A stretch of 64,000 nucleotides of DNA, taken from NCBI RefSeq assembly GCF_006345805.1, contig NC_043003.1:54808001-54872000 (forward strand). Reading direction: 5' to 3'. Position numbers and translations under genes: made by a program. The DNA is from Octopus sinensis (Eukaryota). The notes under the pieces were generated by a model that did no database searches, was not told the origin of the DNA, and saw nothing but the letters and a program-made list of their open reading frames with translations. This document shows, in pieces, positions 12,362-25,039 of this stretch (the first letter of the stretch is position 1; the number at the start of each line of letters is the position of its first letter).

Positions 12362-12633
12362 GAGTGTATTTTTACCTTGTTAACAATTAACACGGAAAAA
12401 AAAATAGTTACCAGGGCAGCAAAAATCTCACAAGTAAAGGTGTCAATCGCTATATAAATCCATCATTTTTTCCTAAAATGTCTTATTTAAGAGTTTCGTA
12501 TTTTTCATTTTCCTGAGGAGAAGATTGCATTGTTCATACCATTTATTCTTTTGAATAGTATCAGTGGAATTTTCGAAACATGTGCCGAAAGTAAAAATAT
12601 TTGATTACACCTGCGTTAAACTCCATTTATTTA

Positions 12634-12680
<47 letters not shown>

Positions 12681-13429
12681 GTGTTTGTGTGTATAAATAT
12701 GTATGTATGCACGCAGGCACACATACACGCGCATACACATGTGATTTATGTGTAATGTTGAACATGCTTCCGTTTAATTTGCATTTAGCAATTTGTACTG
12801 ACAAAACGTGAGTATGGTAGACGGAATTTGTCCAAACTAACGTATTTTGGTATTGAACCTGGAACAAAATAGACTCCCACAGACTTCTGTCAGAGTCTCC
12901 TCACTTTAAAACAAGGACCACGAGATGGTGTTTCTAAACTGATATATTAAGTATTGCCTCGGAAGAGCCAAGGAAAAATGATAAATTTTCAACGAATTGC
13001 TTAAATGTGCGCAGTAGCGGCAACAGGTATTTGGCTGACTGTTGTTTGCAATATTCATTTAATTAATTTGATGCAAATGAGACTTAAATATTTTTGAAAA
13101 GGGCTAATATAATTTAGACAAATAGAAAACTAATTTCGTAATGGGAAATCAGCAACACAGATAACAAAAAAAAAAACAAAAAACAATAACTAAAACAAAT
13201 ACGGCAACAATAACAAAATGAGAAAAAGAAAAGAGAACAGAGGTAGGATATAGCAACAAAAGGAAGGACATTAACAAACTGTATAAAGAACAATAAATAC
13301 AAATACAAGAGAATAGTGGTATAGTAAGAACATCGACGCGTAAACATACAGGTGTATGTTGATACATACACATACAAAGACACACACTCCAGCAATTATG
13401 TACACACAAACAATCACATACACACAAAT

Positions 13430-13447
13430 GTATACATAAAACTACAT

Positions 13448-13482
<35 letters not shown>

Positions 13483-13670
13483 TATATATATAATTATGGT
13501 GAGTGTGTGAGTGCGTGCGCGTGAGTGTGTGTGAGAGAGAGGGTGCTTGTGTAAGAGTATACATATATATATATTTATATGTGTGCATTTATATATATAT
13601 AGATATATAAACAAACACACACACACATATATACATATATATCTGCATAATACTTACATATCTATATCTA

Positions 13671-13723
<53 letters not shown>

Positions 13724-13731
13724 CTGTCTGT

Positions 13732-13801
<70 letters not shown>

Positions 13802-14040
13802 CATAATATAATATAATATACATATACATATATATGTATACTTATATGTAATACACACACTCACACACGCACACGTGTATGAATACATCAGCGTATAGAT
13901 ACTTGTGTCAGCGCACGCGTATGTGTTTGCGCAAACACTCACTATCAAGGCAAAGTTAAAAGTTGAACACACAAATGCAGTTTATCAAATATCCATTCAA
14001 AAGAAAACTAATAATAATAATGATAATAATAATAATAATG

Positions 14041-14100
<60 letters not shown>

Positions 14101-14250
14101 TAAAATACAATAATACAAAACTAAAGAACAAACAAAAAGCACTCTCATAAAACCCTAAACCGAAATCAAACAACAAGGAAAAATAATGAAACAAACACAC
14201 GGATATAAAACAACAACAACAACAACAACAAGAACAACAATAATAACAAC
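13430..14250. repeat. Compound microsatellite field (CA, TA, TATC, TC, AAT, AAC)
   Basis: Directly visible; it accounts for the spurious ORFs in this region. Confidence 0.95.
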
Positions 14251-14770
14251 GTGGATGATGTTAGTATATAGGCACCAGCGCGGCTCAATCATCGCAACAG
14301 CAGCATTCTACGAATGCACCGCGTCTATTGTGCTCGTCTAGCACGTGCTAATTAAAATTATGTCCTTATATGGATTGATACTTCCATAGAGTTGATGGGA
14401 GACTTTCTTTCCTTTTCAATTTACTTGTTACTTTCTGTCTTTCATTTTCGTTCCTAGTTTCAATCCTCCCACACCCCGCTTCGTTTTCATTCATTTTCTT
14501 TCTTTTTTTTCTTTTGTTCTTCCATCTGTCGTTAGTTTCTAGTTTTCGTTTTTTTTTTCTTTCAGTCCGTCCATCTTTCTGGTATTTTTTTTTTGTTTTC
14601 GCTTTTTAATTATTCTTTCATTTTATTTCCTTCATTCATTCTTGCTTTCCTTCATTTTTTCGTCTCTTCCATCTACAAATCATAATCCCTTTCATTCTTC
14701 ATTTAGTTCTGAGTTCCTTTCTTTCATTAAAAAAAAAAAAAACATTCTTTTCTTTATTCTTTCTACTTTT

Positions 14771-15000
14771 TCCTTCTTTGTTTTATTTAGTCATTCATTC
14801 ACTGATTCACTCCTTCGATCTTTATTTCTTTTATTCTCTTTTCCTTCTTTGTTTTATTTAGTCATTCATTCACTGATTCACTCATTCGATCTTTATTTCT
14901 TTTATTCTCTTTTCCTTCTTTGTTTCATTTAGGCTTTCATTCACTGATTCACTCCTTCGATCTTTATTACTTTTATTCTCTTTTCCCTCTTTGTTTTATC
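14771..15000. repeat. 71-bp pyrimidine-rich minisatellite, ~3 copies
   Basis: tccttctttgtttt/tc...cattcactgattcactc recurs at 14771, 14842 and 14913. Confidence 0.8.
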
Positions 15001-15368
15001 GTTCTCTTTCTGTAATTTGTTCTTTCGTTCTTACATTCTCTCTTTCATTCTTCCTCTGTTTTGTACATTCCCTCGTTTTTCCTTCATTTTGCGACTCCTT
15101 CCATTAGTCATTTGGCTTCTCATCCTTTCTCTCATATTCAATTTTTTTCTTTTCCTACACTTCTTTTATTATTTCGTTCTGTTGTCCATTCTTGCATTCT
15201 TTCATTATATCTCTCATTTTTCTTTCATTCTTTCTTTCCCTCTTTTCTCTTCTTCAGTTCGATTATTCTTTCTGCCTTCTCCCCCCTCTCTCTCACTCCA
15301 CCTTTCACTTCTACTCTATTTCTCTCTTCATTTCGCCATCACTCTCTATCTTTCGTACTATCACTCCG

Positions 15369-15389
<21 letters not shown>

Positions 15390-15412
<23 letters not shown>

Positions 15413-16014
15413 TCCTTTCTGCTTCGATACCTTTCATTCACTCCCTTATTTGCTTTCAATCTTTCTTTTCTTTTTGTTCTGTCAGTCAGTTTCTCACTTA
15501 CTCCCTCTCTCTTTCCCTCCCTTCCTCTCTCTTACCCTCCCTTCCTCCCTCTTTCCCTCCTTTCACTCTTTCCCTCCCCTCTCTCTTTCCCTCTCTCTCT
15601 TTTCTCTCCCTCTCTCTTTCCCCCTCTCTCTTTCCCTCCTTCCCCTTCTCTTTCCCTCCTTCCCCTTCTCTTTCCCCCTCTCTCTTTTCCTCCCCCTCTC
15701 TCTCTCCATATTATTCCTTCAGTATTTGGTATTATTCATGCTTGTGTTTACGTTCTGCCATGTTATAAGCATTGGCTCCAGCTACCTTAAAGGTCAGCTC
15801 ATATAAACACACCGCCACAATGGAGACAGAGACTATAAAAAGAGGGAGGGAGAATGAAAGACTGAAGTAAATAGACAGAGAGAGGGGGGCAGAAAGAGAA
15901 AGAGTAGTAGAAGACAAAGAGGGCGGGGAGATATGGGACAGGGAGAGGAAGGGAGTTGAATCACAATGGTGTAAAAGTAACATGCCACAGCCACAGCACA
16001 ACCACCATCATATT

Positions 16015-16045
<31 letters not shown>

Positions 16046-16122
16046 GCTGCTGCTTGCTGCTGCTGCCACCGCCACTTCTGCTGCTGCTACTACTACTAAT
16101 AGTACTACTGCCGCTGCTGGTG

Positions 16123-16153
<31 letters not shown>

Positions 16154-16241
16154 CAACTACTACTATTACTACTACTACTACTATTACTGCTGTTGCTGCC
16201 GTTGCTTCTACAGGTGATGCTACTGCAAATATCTATTTTCA

Positions 16242-16281
<40 letters not shown>

Positions 16282-16286
16282 GCCTG

Positions 16287-16331
<45 letters not shown>

Positions 16332-16335
16332 ATCC

Positions 16336-16370
<35 letters not shown>

Positions 16371-16411
16371 GATCTATCTGTTTCCCTTCCATCTACCTAG
16401 CTGCATATCTG

Positions 16412-16446
<35 letters not shown>

Positions 16447-16500
16447 GCATGTGTGTGTGTGCCTGTCTGTGTGTGTGCGCCCGCGTGCGTGTGTGTGTGT
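15390..16500. repeat. Low-complexity CT, ACT/GCT, TCTG and TATC microsatellite field
   Basis: Directly visible. Confidence 0.9.
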
Positions 16501-17189
16501 GCCTCAACATACACCGACCTACCTATAACTATTAGATGCGTGTGCCTAGGTGAGATAAAGGAAGTTATGGCTTTATACACAACTACCAGTAGATTGTCAA
16601 AATATATTTATTTAAAATTGAAACATCACAACCTACTCCCGTGATTTTAAATTTTACTGATTATTAAACTTCCCAAAATTGTGAACAACGGAACTTTGGT
16701 ATATTAAAAACCACAACGTAAAATATAATTTCTATGTGTGTTCTGTGTCGTATGTGTGTGTGTTTGTGTGTTTATGTCATGTGTGTGCGTGTGCAATTAG
16801 ATGCGTGTGCTGGTAAGAAACTTCTCAACCACATGGTTCTAGGTTCAGTCCCACTGCGTGGCACCTTGAACAGGTGCTTTGCACTATAACTTCGGGTTCA
16901 TAATAGCTTTGTGAGTGGATTCGGTAGACGGAAACTGAAATAAACCAGAGGTGTATATATTTATATATGTGTTTGTGGCTGTGTTTATACCGTCCATCAC
17001 AAATTGACAAATATTTCTGTTGAGTTTACGGCAGCATGACATAGCTGTTCATCAAAAGAGACCCATAAAATAAGTAACAGATATCGATTTGTTTGCCTAA
17101 CACTCTTCGAGGCGCTGCTCCAGCATGGTGATTGTCAAATGACTGAAACAAATAGAAATAGAAGAATAAAAGAATATATATATATATAC

Positions 17190-17628
17190 GGCACAGGAGT
17201 GGCTGTGTAGTAAGTAGCTTGCTTACCAACCACATGGTTCCGGGTTCAGTCCCACTGCGTGGCACCTTGGGCAAGTGTCTTCTACTATAGCCTCGGGCTG
17301 ACCAAAGCCTTGTGAGTGGATTTGGTAGACGGAAACTGAAAGAAGCCCGTCGTATATATGTATATATATATATATATCTGTGTGTGTGTGCGTGTATGTT
17401 TGTGTGTCTGTGTTTGGCCCCCTAGCATTGCTTGACAACCGATGCTGGTGTGTTTATGTCCCCGCAACTTAGCGGTTCGGCAAAAGAAACCGATAGAATA
17501 AGTACTGGGCTTACAAAGAATAAGTCCCGGGGTCGAGTTGCTCGATTAAAGGCGGTGCTCCAGCATGGCCGCAGTCAAATGACTGAAACAAATAAAAGAG
17601 AAAAAAAAAAAGAAAGAGAGTAAAAGAA
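17190..17628 (+). mobile_element. Octopus-type tRNA-derived SINE, family A (other copies ~16805-17172 +, 19030-19445 -, 21015-21395 +, 28390-28620 -, 28670-28895 +, 37860-38195 -, 43700-43900 +, 52455-52645 +)
   Basis: Head GGCACAGGAGTGGCTGTG...CATGGTTCCGGGTTCAGTCCCA (A/B-box-like), an internal microsatellite and a 3' AAAGGCGGTGCTCCAGCATGGCC tail, repeated many times. The published family name (OK/OR) is not certain. Confidence 0.85.
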
Positions 17629-18193
17629 AGTATGTATATAATATATATATATATATATATATTGTGTGTATGTGTGTGTGTGTGTGTGTGTGTGTATACT
17701 TATACATATGTATATGTGTGTGTAAACAAATAACAGCAGTAGTTCGCTACAGCTGTTTCAAACGTGTTTCATTTATTGTCTTTGAAATGTTCAAATGTTT
17801 AATTCTTACCTGTATTCACCTGATGAAAACGGGCTTTCTTCCGTTTTTGCATCATGTAGCATCTTAGTTCATAAATAAAAAAAAAAGCTGTCAGAAACGG
17901 ATGTTGTGAACCACAATCTATCTGTTGTTATTTACTTATTTTTCACCTAACTCGGAGCATGTAATTCGTTTGGTTATAGAATCTATGGACGGCGGTGCAA
18001 TAAGTGAAATGGGTGTATTCACGCGTGACGTTCGTGCCTCGTTCTGTATTGAATCAGCCATGTTTGAATGTATGCGCAACCGGAGTACAAATCCGTGTTT
18101 ACTTTAGCAAGTACGTATTCATCCTTAAATATTGTTTGTACGCGATAGTACCTGATTCTCTTGAATGCTGGAAATGATACACACACACACACA

Positions 18194-18228
<35 letters not shown>

Positions 18229-18537
18229 GCACACACACAAGCACACACACACACACATATATATATAAATATTCTATGTATATTCTGTTACATTTATAAA
18301 TAGCATTTATGAAAGCATAAGTGTCCTAGTAGTTGGTGATTGCGCCTGTTCGCCCTTCTTAAGGGATACTTAGTACAGTATGACTTGGGATTATGGTTCA
18401 ATCAAAGTCATTAGGAATTATATACGTTCGATTTTCTTTTTTCTTTTTTTCTGTGTTTCCTACTCTTTTAACGGCGGAGAATCGGAATGAAGAGATAGAG
18501 GTGGTGAAATGAAAGCCCAGAAACATTTAAAATTATA

Positions 18538-18603
<66 letters not shown>

Positions 18604-18712
18604 AAAGTAAAGGCATTTGAAAGATACATTCGAATGTAATAGGTTGAACTCCACGCACATGATACTCTGGTATCGTTTTTGCATCTAGTTTAGCAAATTG
18701 CATTTATATCGG

Positions 18713-18777
18713 CCATGCTGACGAAGGCTACAGGTATCCTTACGGATAATAATAGCCGAAACTGAATCAGTACATGG
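18713..18777 (+). ncRNA. Type I hammerhead ribozyme
   Basis: CCATG-CTGACGA-A-GGCTA..TATCC/GGATA..TAGCC-GAA-ACTG aat CAGT-A-CATGG. All three helices and the core are intact; GUA triplet. Confidence 0.85.
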
Positions 18778-19252
18778 ATAAGTATCTTTTGTGGAGAATG
18801 ACGATTTGACGTCTATATCTAGCATGTTGACTGTCCACTTTTCGTGTTCAGTCCTTAATTGGTATATATAAATATTTAATCTTCGGATTCTTTTTTTAAT
18901 ATGCTAGACCACTGGTTTTAATTGATAAATATTGATTTCTACCCTTAATTAATTTTATATATATATATAAATATATATGAGAAAATTATTTATAAGTACA
19001 TATGAGGAAATTATATATTCTTTTATACTTTTACTTTTTCCAGTCATTTTGACAGCGACCATGTGGGACTTATTATTTTTAAGCCTAGTTCTTATTTTAT
19101 CGGTCTCTTTTGCCGAACAGTAAGTTGCAGGTACGCAAAAGCACCAGCATCGTTTCTGAACCTATGTTGGGGAGAACAAACACAGACACACAAGCGTATA
19201 CACATACACACACACATACAATATATACATACATACATGCATATATATATAT

Positions 19253-19286
<34 letters not shown>

Positions 19287-21139
19287 ACGACAGGCCTCTT
19301 TCAGTTTCCGTCTACCAAATCCACTGACAAGGCTTTGGTCGGGCCGAGGCTACAGTAGAAGACACTTGCCCAAGTTGCCACGCAGTGGGACTGAACTCGG
19401 AACCATGTGGTTGGGAAGCAAACTACTTACCACACAACCACACATATAAGAAAATTATAAATATATACAATAAAATGGAATGGGATAGGAAAAACGGTTA
19501 CATTACGAACCTTACACCTGTTTCTGCTATAATCTGCAGTGGACTCATAGTTGAATACATGAATAACACCCTGTAGCTTCATCGGAGCTTCGAATATGAA
19601 ATGCATTCTATTTGCAAAAATGTGAAGAATACCAACACATGCAAATATCAACAAATATGAATACTAACGCCTTAGCTTAGAAATTTAAACTCCTGTATTT
19701 GTTTTGTCTTCCCTCAAAACTGCTAGTAATTTTCTTTTTTCTTGTCTTACTATATGCGAAACTGATTATGGATTTCCTTTTATTTGATTAAAATTGTCAA
19801 AGCTTTCAAGCTGTGAGAAGATATAACCACAAATACTTGCGGTGTATTTAAGCAATTTCAGTGTTTATATTTCAAACGAGCCGTACGTTGCTACTAGCTT
19901 GAGAAATGCTACTATTCAACCCTTTGTCGCTGTTGGCATTTCTGAAATTATTTTGGCAGCGTACATCTCTATCAGATGTTTTATGTATGGAAAGGTTGAT
20001 TCTTAAATTTCAGTAAAATGAATGAGTTTACATTTAATAACCAGTTGAGACACTCCGCTAAAATGTTTTAGGGCTTACTTCTCGTCCTAGTTGTATTTTA
20101 CATTTTACATTTTTTCTTCTTGTATAAAACCTATGAATTTACTCTCAGGTAACATTAATGGATGTTGAAGTGAAAACTTTCACCTCAAACTGTGTTTCTA
20201 GTTCTCATTGTGTTCAATGAGCCATGCATTTCGGCTTGTTTCTCTCAATGTACTGTTAGTTTCTATTTAATTATAAATAGATCCAGACTTCCTTTATGAA
20301 ATGCCTTATATTTAAGCCGCGACTAAATATTAAGTCGGCAAGAGCTTGAGTCTATTTTTCTTTTAAATATAACTAATTATATAAGTACACCTCAAAATAT
20401 AGAAGAAACAAAGAGTGTTTCAGATGTGTTGCTTGATATACATCAATAGGTATGTATACAACACTCTATACATATTATATACGTCTGCATACTTACATAT
20501 GTATGTGCAAACATATATATATATACACACAAATATAAACATACATATATATACACACAAATATACAGATAAATCATGCGTTTAATAATTTTTCTATCGT
20601 CTTGGCTTAACAGTTCTCACTGTTTGTTTTTACAGCCTTGTTTTCACTGTCCTGTTCTTCTTACTACTTTCACCCTCCGCAAAAATTCCCAAATTTTATT
20701 TAATTTGCTTTGCGGGAAGGACTGCTTCAACGAAGTCGCGTATTGTCCTTGCCTTCCTACCGCGGAGCAGATGAAACGGGGACAATTGATGAAGGGGAAT
20801 ATTCTTTATGTTGCATGTCTCGTTTCTCTGTTCCTTCTTTATTTTGCAGGGTTCCTAAAAAAAATTTCTATTAATTCTTCATAATTTGCTGGTAGTTTGT
20901 AAGCGTAAATTTGGGAATATGAAAATAATACTTGTATATGATGTATTGTAAAGTTGTGGAAAGAAATCCCATAAAACTCAAAAATTTAGTTTAAAATAGA
21001 GAAGAGAAGCAAGAGGGGCTGTGTGCCTACCACCGACATGGTTCCAGGTTCAGTCTCACTGCGGGGCACCATGGCCAAGTGTCTTCTACTATAGCCTCAG
21101 GCTGACGAAAGCCTTGTGAGAAGATATATATATATATAA

Positions 21140-21183
<44 letters not shown>

Positions 21184-21431
21184 TTCTGTGTCTGTATTTG
21201 TCCCCCCCCACCACCATCGCTTGACAACAGATGCTGGTTTGTTTACGTTCACGTAACTTAGCGGTTCAGCAAAAGACACCGATAGAATAAGTACCAGGCT
21301 TACAACGATTAATTCCTGCGGTCGAGTTGTTCGACTAAAGGCGGTGCTCCAGCATGGCCGCAGTCAGATGACTGAAACAAATAAATGAGTAAAAGAATAC
21401 GATGTTAAAATATGTAAGAGAATGTTAATTT

Positions 21432-21866
21432 ATGCAGGCGATCGTTTCGTACAGAGATATAAAATCATGCAAATTCATGGTTGTATTCAAGTAAATTAAA
21501 TTAATTAAATTAATTATATATTAATGTGCTCTTCAGTACAGGAAGTATAAACAATATTTTTACAAAGAACTTGAGAAAGAAAACAGCAGAATATAATCTA
21601 GGAGATTCACATAACCATTGTAGCGTTTAGTCCTTTTTAGTACCTAACTAAACTCACATCTCTTCTTTTTTTTCATTCATAAGAATAAATACGAATCACC
21701 TTGATTCTATTCTGCTGTTTCCTTTCTCAAGTTCTTCGTAAGAATTTTGTTTATACTTCTTGCACTGAAGTACTGATATATACTTAATTTGATTGATTTA
21801 AATTACAACAATTCAACCATGAATTTGCATGATTTTTATGTCTCTGTACGAAACGATCGGCTGCAT
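21432..21866. repeat. Inverted repeat pair (~52-bp arms, ~330-bp spacer), MITE/fold-back-like
   Basis: 21432-21483 is the reverse complement of 21814-21866 with 2 substitutions and 1 indel. Confidence 0.75.
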
Positions 21867-21968
21867 GAATTCAAATTCTCTTATAAATTTTAACATCTTC
21901 TCTTCTCCATTTTTAACTAACTTGTGAATCCGTAAATTCACATCATATAAAAGATGTTATATATATAT

Positions 21969-22011
<43 letters not shown>

Positions 22012-22309
22012 GATATAATTTTAATCCAAACGGGAAACAAAAAAACACAACAACAATGGAACAATTACAGTATTATTATTAATAGGCGCTCAGGAAATGA
22101 AAGCAGGGAGGTATGACGTTTCGAGCGGAGCTCTTCGTCGGAAAACATAAAGAAGGAAGAGAGAGGGAAAGAAAGATCCCAGAGCGGGCAACAGGATAGA
22201 GAAAAAAAAACGACTGGTGTTTACGAGTTACACATGGTGAAAGGCGGATGTTTACGATAACAGAGCAAAAGTGGGTTTTTAAAGGCAAAAGAGTGGAGAC
22301 AAGGTTGCT

Positions 22310-24970
22310 AAACAGCAGATGTGTGTGTATGTGTGAGTGTGTGCGTGTGCGTGTGTGTGTGTATGTGTGGGTGTGAGGTGAGGCGAGATAAAAAACAAAA
22401 AAAAGATATGTATGTGTTAGTGTAGGCGTGGTGAGGGTAGGGCGAGACGGTGGTCAGCATAGCAGACAAGGTCAGTAGTAAGAAAAAGAAGGAAGGAGGA
22501 AGGGAGGGAGGGGAAAGGGGGGGGCGTATGTAGCGTGCCAGCGTGTGTGTTGAGTGGTAGTGTGTGTGTGTCCAGTGTCGTGGTAGTATTAATGGCGAGT
22601 AGATTGATGTGTGTAGAGTAATGTATATATTTAAGCAATGTGTGTAGATGTGTGCGCGTGGTTGTAACGAAAAAGGGGGGGTTAAGGAAAAAGGACTCCA
22701 GCTGAGGGGAAGATGGAAGAGTGGTTCCGCGGAGACGGGCGTGGGAAAACCCAACGACAGCGACGGTCCCAGGAACGGGCGGGGGGGTCTCGTCGGGTCC
22801 AAGAGCGAGGTGCATGCGGCGCGTATGCGTGCGCGAACCGGCGCAAGCGCGTGTGTGCGCGCAGCGAGTGTGCGCGTAAGTATGTATGTGTGTGGATGTG
22901 TGAGTGTGTCTGTGTGTATGTCTGGGTGGCAGTGTGTCCGATGAATGTATGTGAGTATGTGTGTATATATGTGTGTGCAAAGATGTATGTTCGTGTGTGT
23001 GTGTGTGTGTGTATGTGTATGAGTGTGTATGTATGTACGTGTGGGTGTGGGGAAGTGTGTGTATGTGCATGTGTGTGCGCGTACATACAGGTGTGTGAGT
23101 GAGTGTGTGTGTGTATGTATGTGTGAGTGTGTATGTATGGTGTGTGTAGGATGCATGTATGTGTATGGGTGTATGTATGCGTGTGTGTGTGTATGTTGTA
23201 TGTGTACGTGCGTGTGTGTGTGTGTATGCGTGTAGGTGTGCGCGTGTGCATGCATGCATGCTTGTGCGTATGTGTGTGTGTGTGCATGTGTGTGGGTATA
23301 TATGTATGTGCGTATATGTGTGTGTATGTGCGTACATGTGTGTGTGTGTATGCATGTGTGTGTATGTAGGTGTGTAGGCGCGTGTGTGTATAGGTGTATG
23401 TATGTAAGTATGTATGGTGTGTCCGTGTATGTGTGTGTATGTATGTGTGTGTATGTAGGTGTGTGGGTGGGCGTGTGTATATGTGTGTTATGTAGGTGTG
23501 TGGGCGTGTGTATATAGGTATGTATGTATGTCTGGGTGTGTGTCCGTGCATGTTTATGTGTGTGTGTGTATGCATGTGTATGTAGGTGTGTGTGTACGTG
23601 TGTAATGTATGTTGTATGCGTGTGTATGCGTGCGTGTGTGTATGTAGGTGCGTGTGTATGTGTGTGGAGTGTAGGTGTGGTGTGTGCGTGTGCGTGTATA
23701 TGTTGGTGTGTGCGTATGTGAGTGTGAGTGTATGGGTGTTTGTCATGCATGTGTGTGCGCGTGCAGGTGAGTGTGGTGTAAGTATGTGTGTGTATGTTTG
23801 TGTGAGTGTGTATGTGTATGTCTGTGTGTATGTCTGTGTGTATGTATGTGCGTATAGGAGTATGTAGGTTGTGTGTGTGTATGTATATGGGTGTATGTAT
23901 GTATGTGTGTGTGTGTGCATGTGTATAAGTATATGTGTGTGTGCGTATGTGGTGTATATGTATGGTGTGTGTTCATGTATGTGTGTATGTATGTGTGTAG
24001 AGTGTGGTGTGTGTAGATGTATGTATGTATGGGTGTGTGTCAGTGTGTGTTTGTGTGTGTGTGTAGGTAGATGTGTGTCTGAGTGAGGGTATGGCTGTGT
24101 AGGTGTGTGTGTGTATGAATGTAAGTGTGTGTGTATACAAGTGTAATGTATGTATGTAGGTGTGTGTGTGTGTGTATGTGTACGTGTGCGTGTGTATGTG
24201 TGTGTGTGTATGCGTGTGAGTGTGAGTGTATGGGTGTATGTCTGTGTGTGTGTATGTCTGAAGTAGGTATGTGTGTGTATGTATGTATGTGTGTGTGTGT
24301 GCGGGTATGTGTGTGTGTGTGTATGTGTGTGTGTGAGTAGGTGTGCGTGTATGTATGTGGGTAGGGATGCAAGCGAGTGTGTGGGTAGGTATGCATACAT
24401 ACGCATGCGCACATCCGAAGCAAGCCCACACACACGAAGCGCGCTCACGCACACAACGCACAAGCAGTACAACGCAAGCCCAAGGGCCGACCAAGCCCCC
24501 AGCGCGCGCAAAGGCGCGCGAGCGCAAAGGCCCTCGAACGCCCCGCTACGCGGGAACCGAGGATCCATCAGCCAAAACCGGAAAGCAGAAAAGAGGGGGC
24601 TGCCTGGATGCAAAAAGGTGTATGTGTGTGTGCATTCAGTGTAAGGGGGTGCTGTGTGGGTATGTATGTATGTATGTGCCTACATGTATGTGTGCATGTG
24701 TGTGTGTGTGAAGTATGTACGTGCGGTGTGTGTGTGTGAGTGTGTGTGTATGTATGTGCGTGTGTATGTGTGTGTGTATGTGTGTATGTATGTCTGTGTG
24801 TGTGTGTGTGTGTGTAAGTATGTATGTGTGTGTGTATGTATGTATGTGTGTGTGTATGTGCATGTTGGTTTGTATGTTAGTGTGTGCATGTATGTCTGTA
24901 AGTGTGTGTGATTAAATGTGTGAATGTATGTACGTAGATGGGTCTACGTATGTGTGTGTGAACAGGCGTG
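22310..24970. repeat. Long degenerate (GT)n field with two GC-rich islands
   Basis: Directly visible; the islands lie at ~22670-22870 and ~24400-24620. Confidence 0.9.
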
Positions 24971-25039
24971 TCGGAGGTAGGTGGGTGTGTGTGTGGGTGG
25001 TGTGTCCGGAAAAAAAAAAAAAAAAAAAACGGATCTCAA

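Noticed and set aside
15017-16644. Leu/Ser/Phe-rich ORFs of 200-257 aa
   Set aside because: They derive from low-complexity CT and trinucleotide repeats.
17820-17855. CTGATGA followed by an AAAACGG/CCGTTTT hairpin
   Set aside because: No GAAA or helix III follows.
22308-24915. Long His/Thr-rich and Cys/Val-rich ORFs (up to 643 aa)
   Set aside because: These are translations of degenerate (CA)/(GT) microsatellite; similar ORFs occur in all frames across the window.
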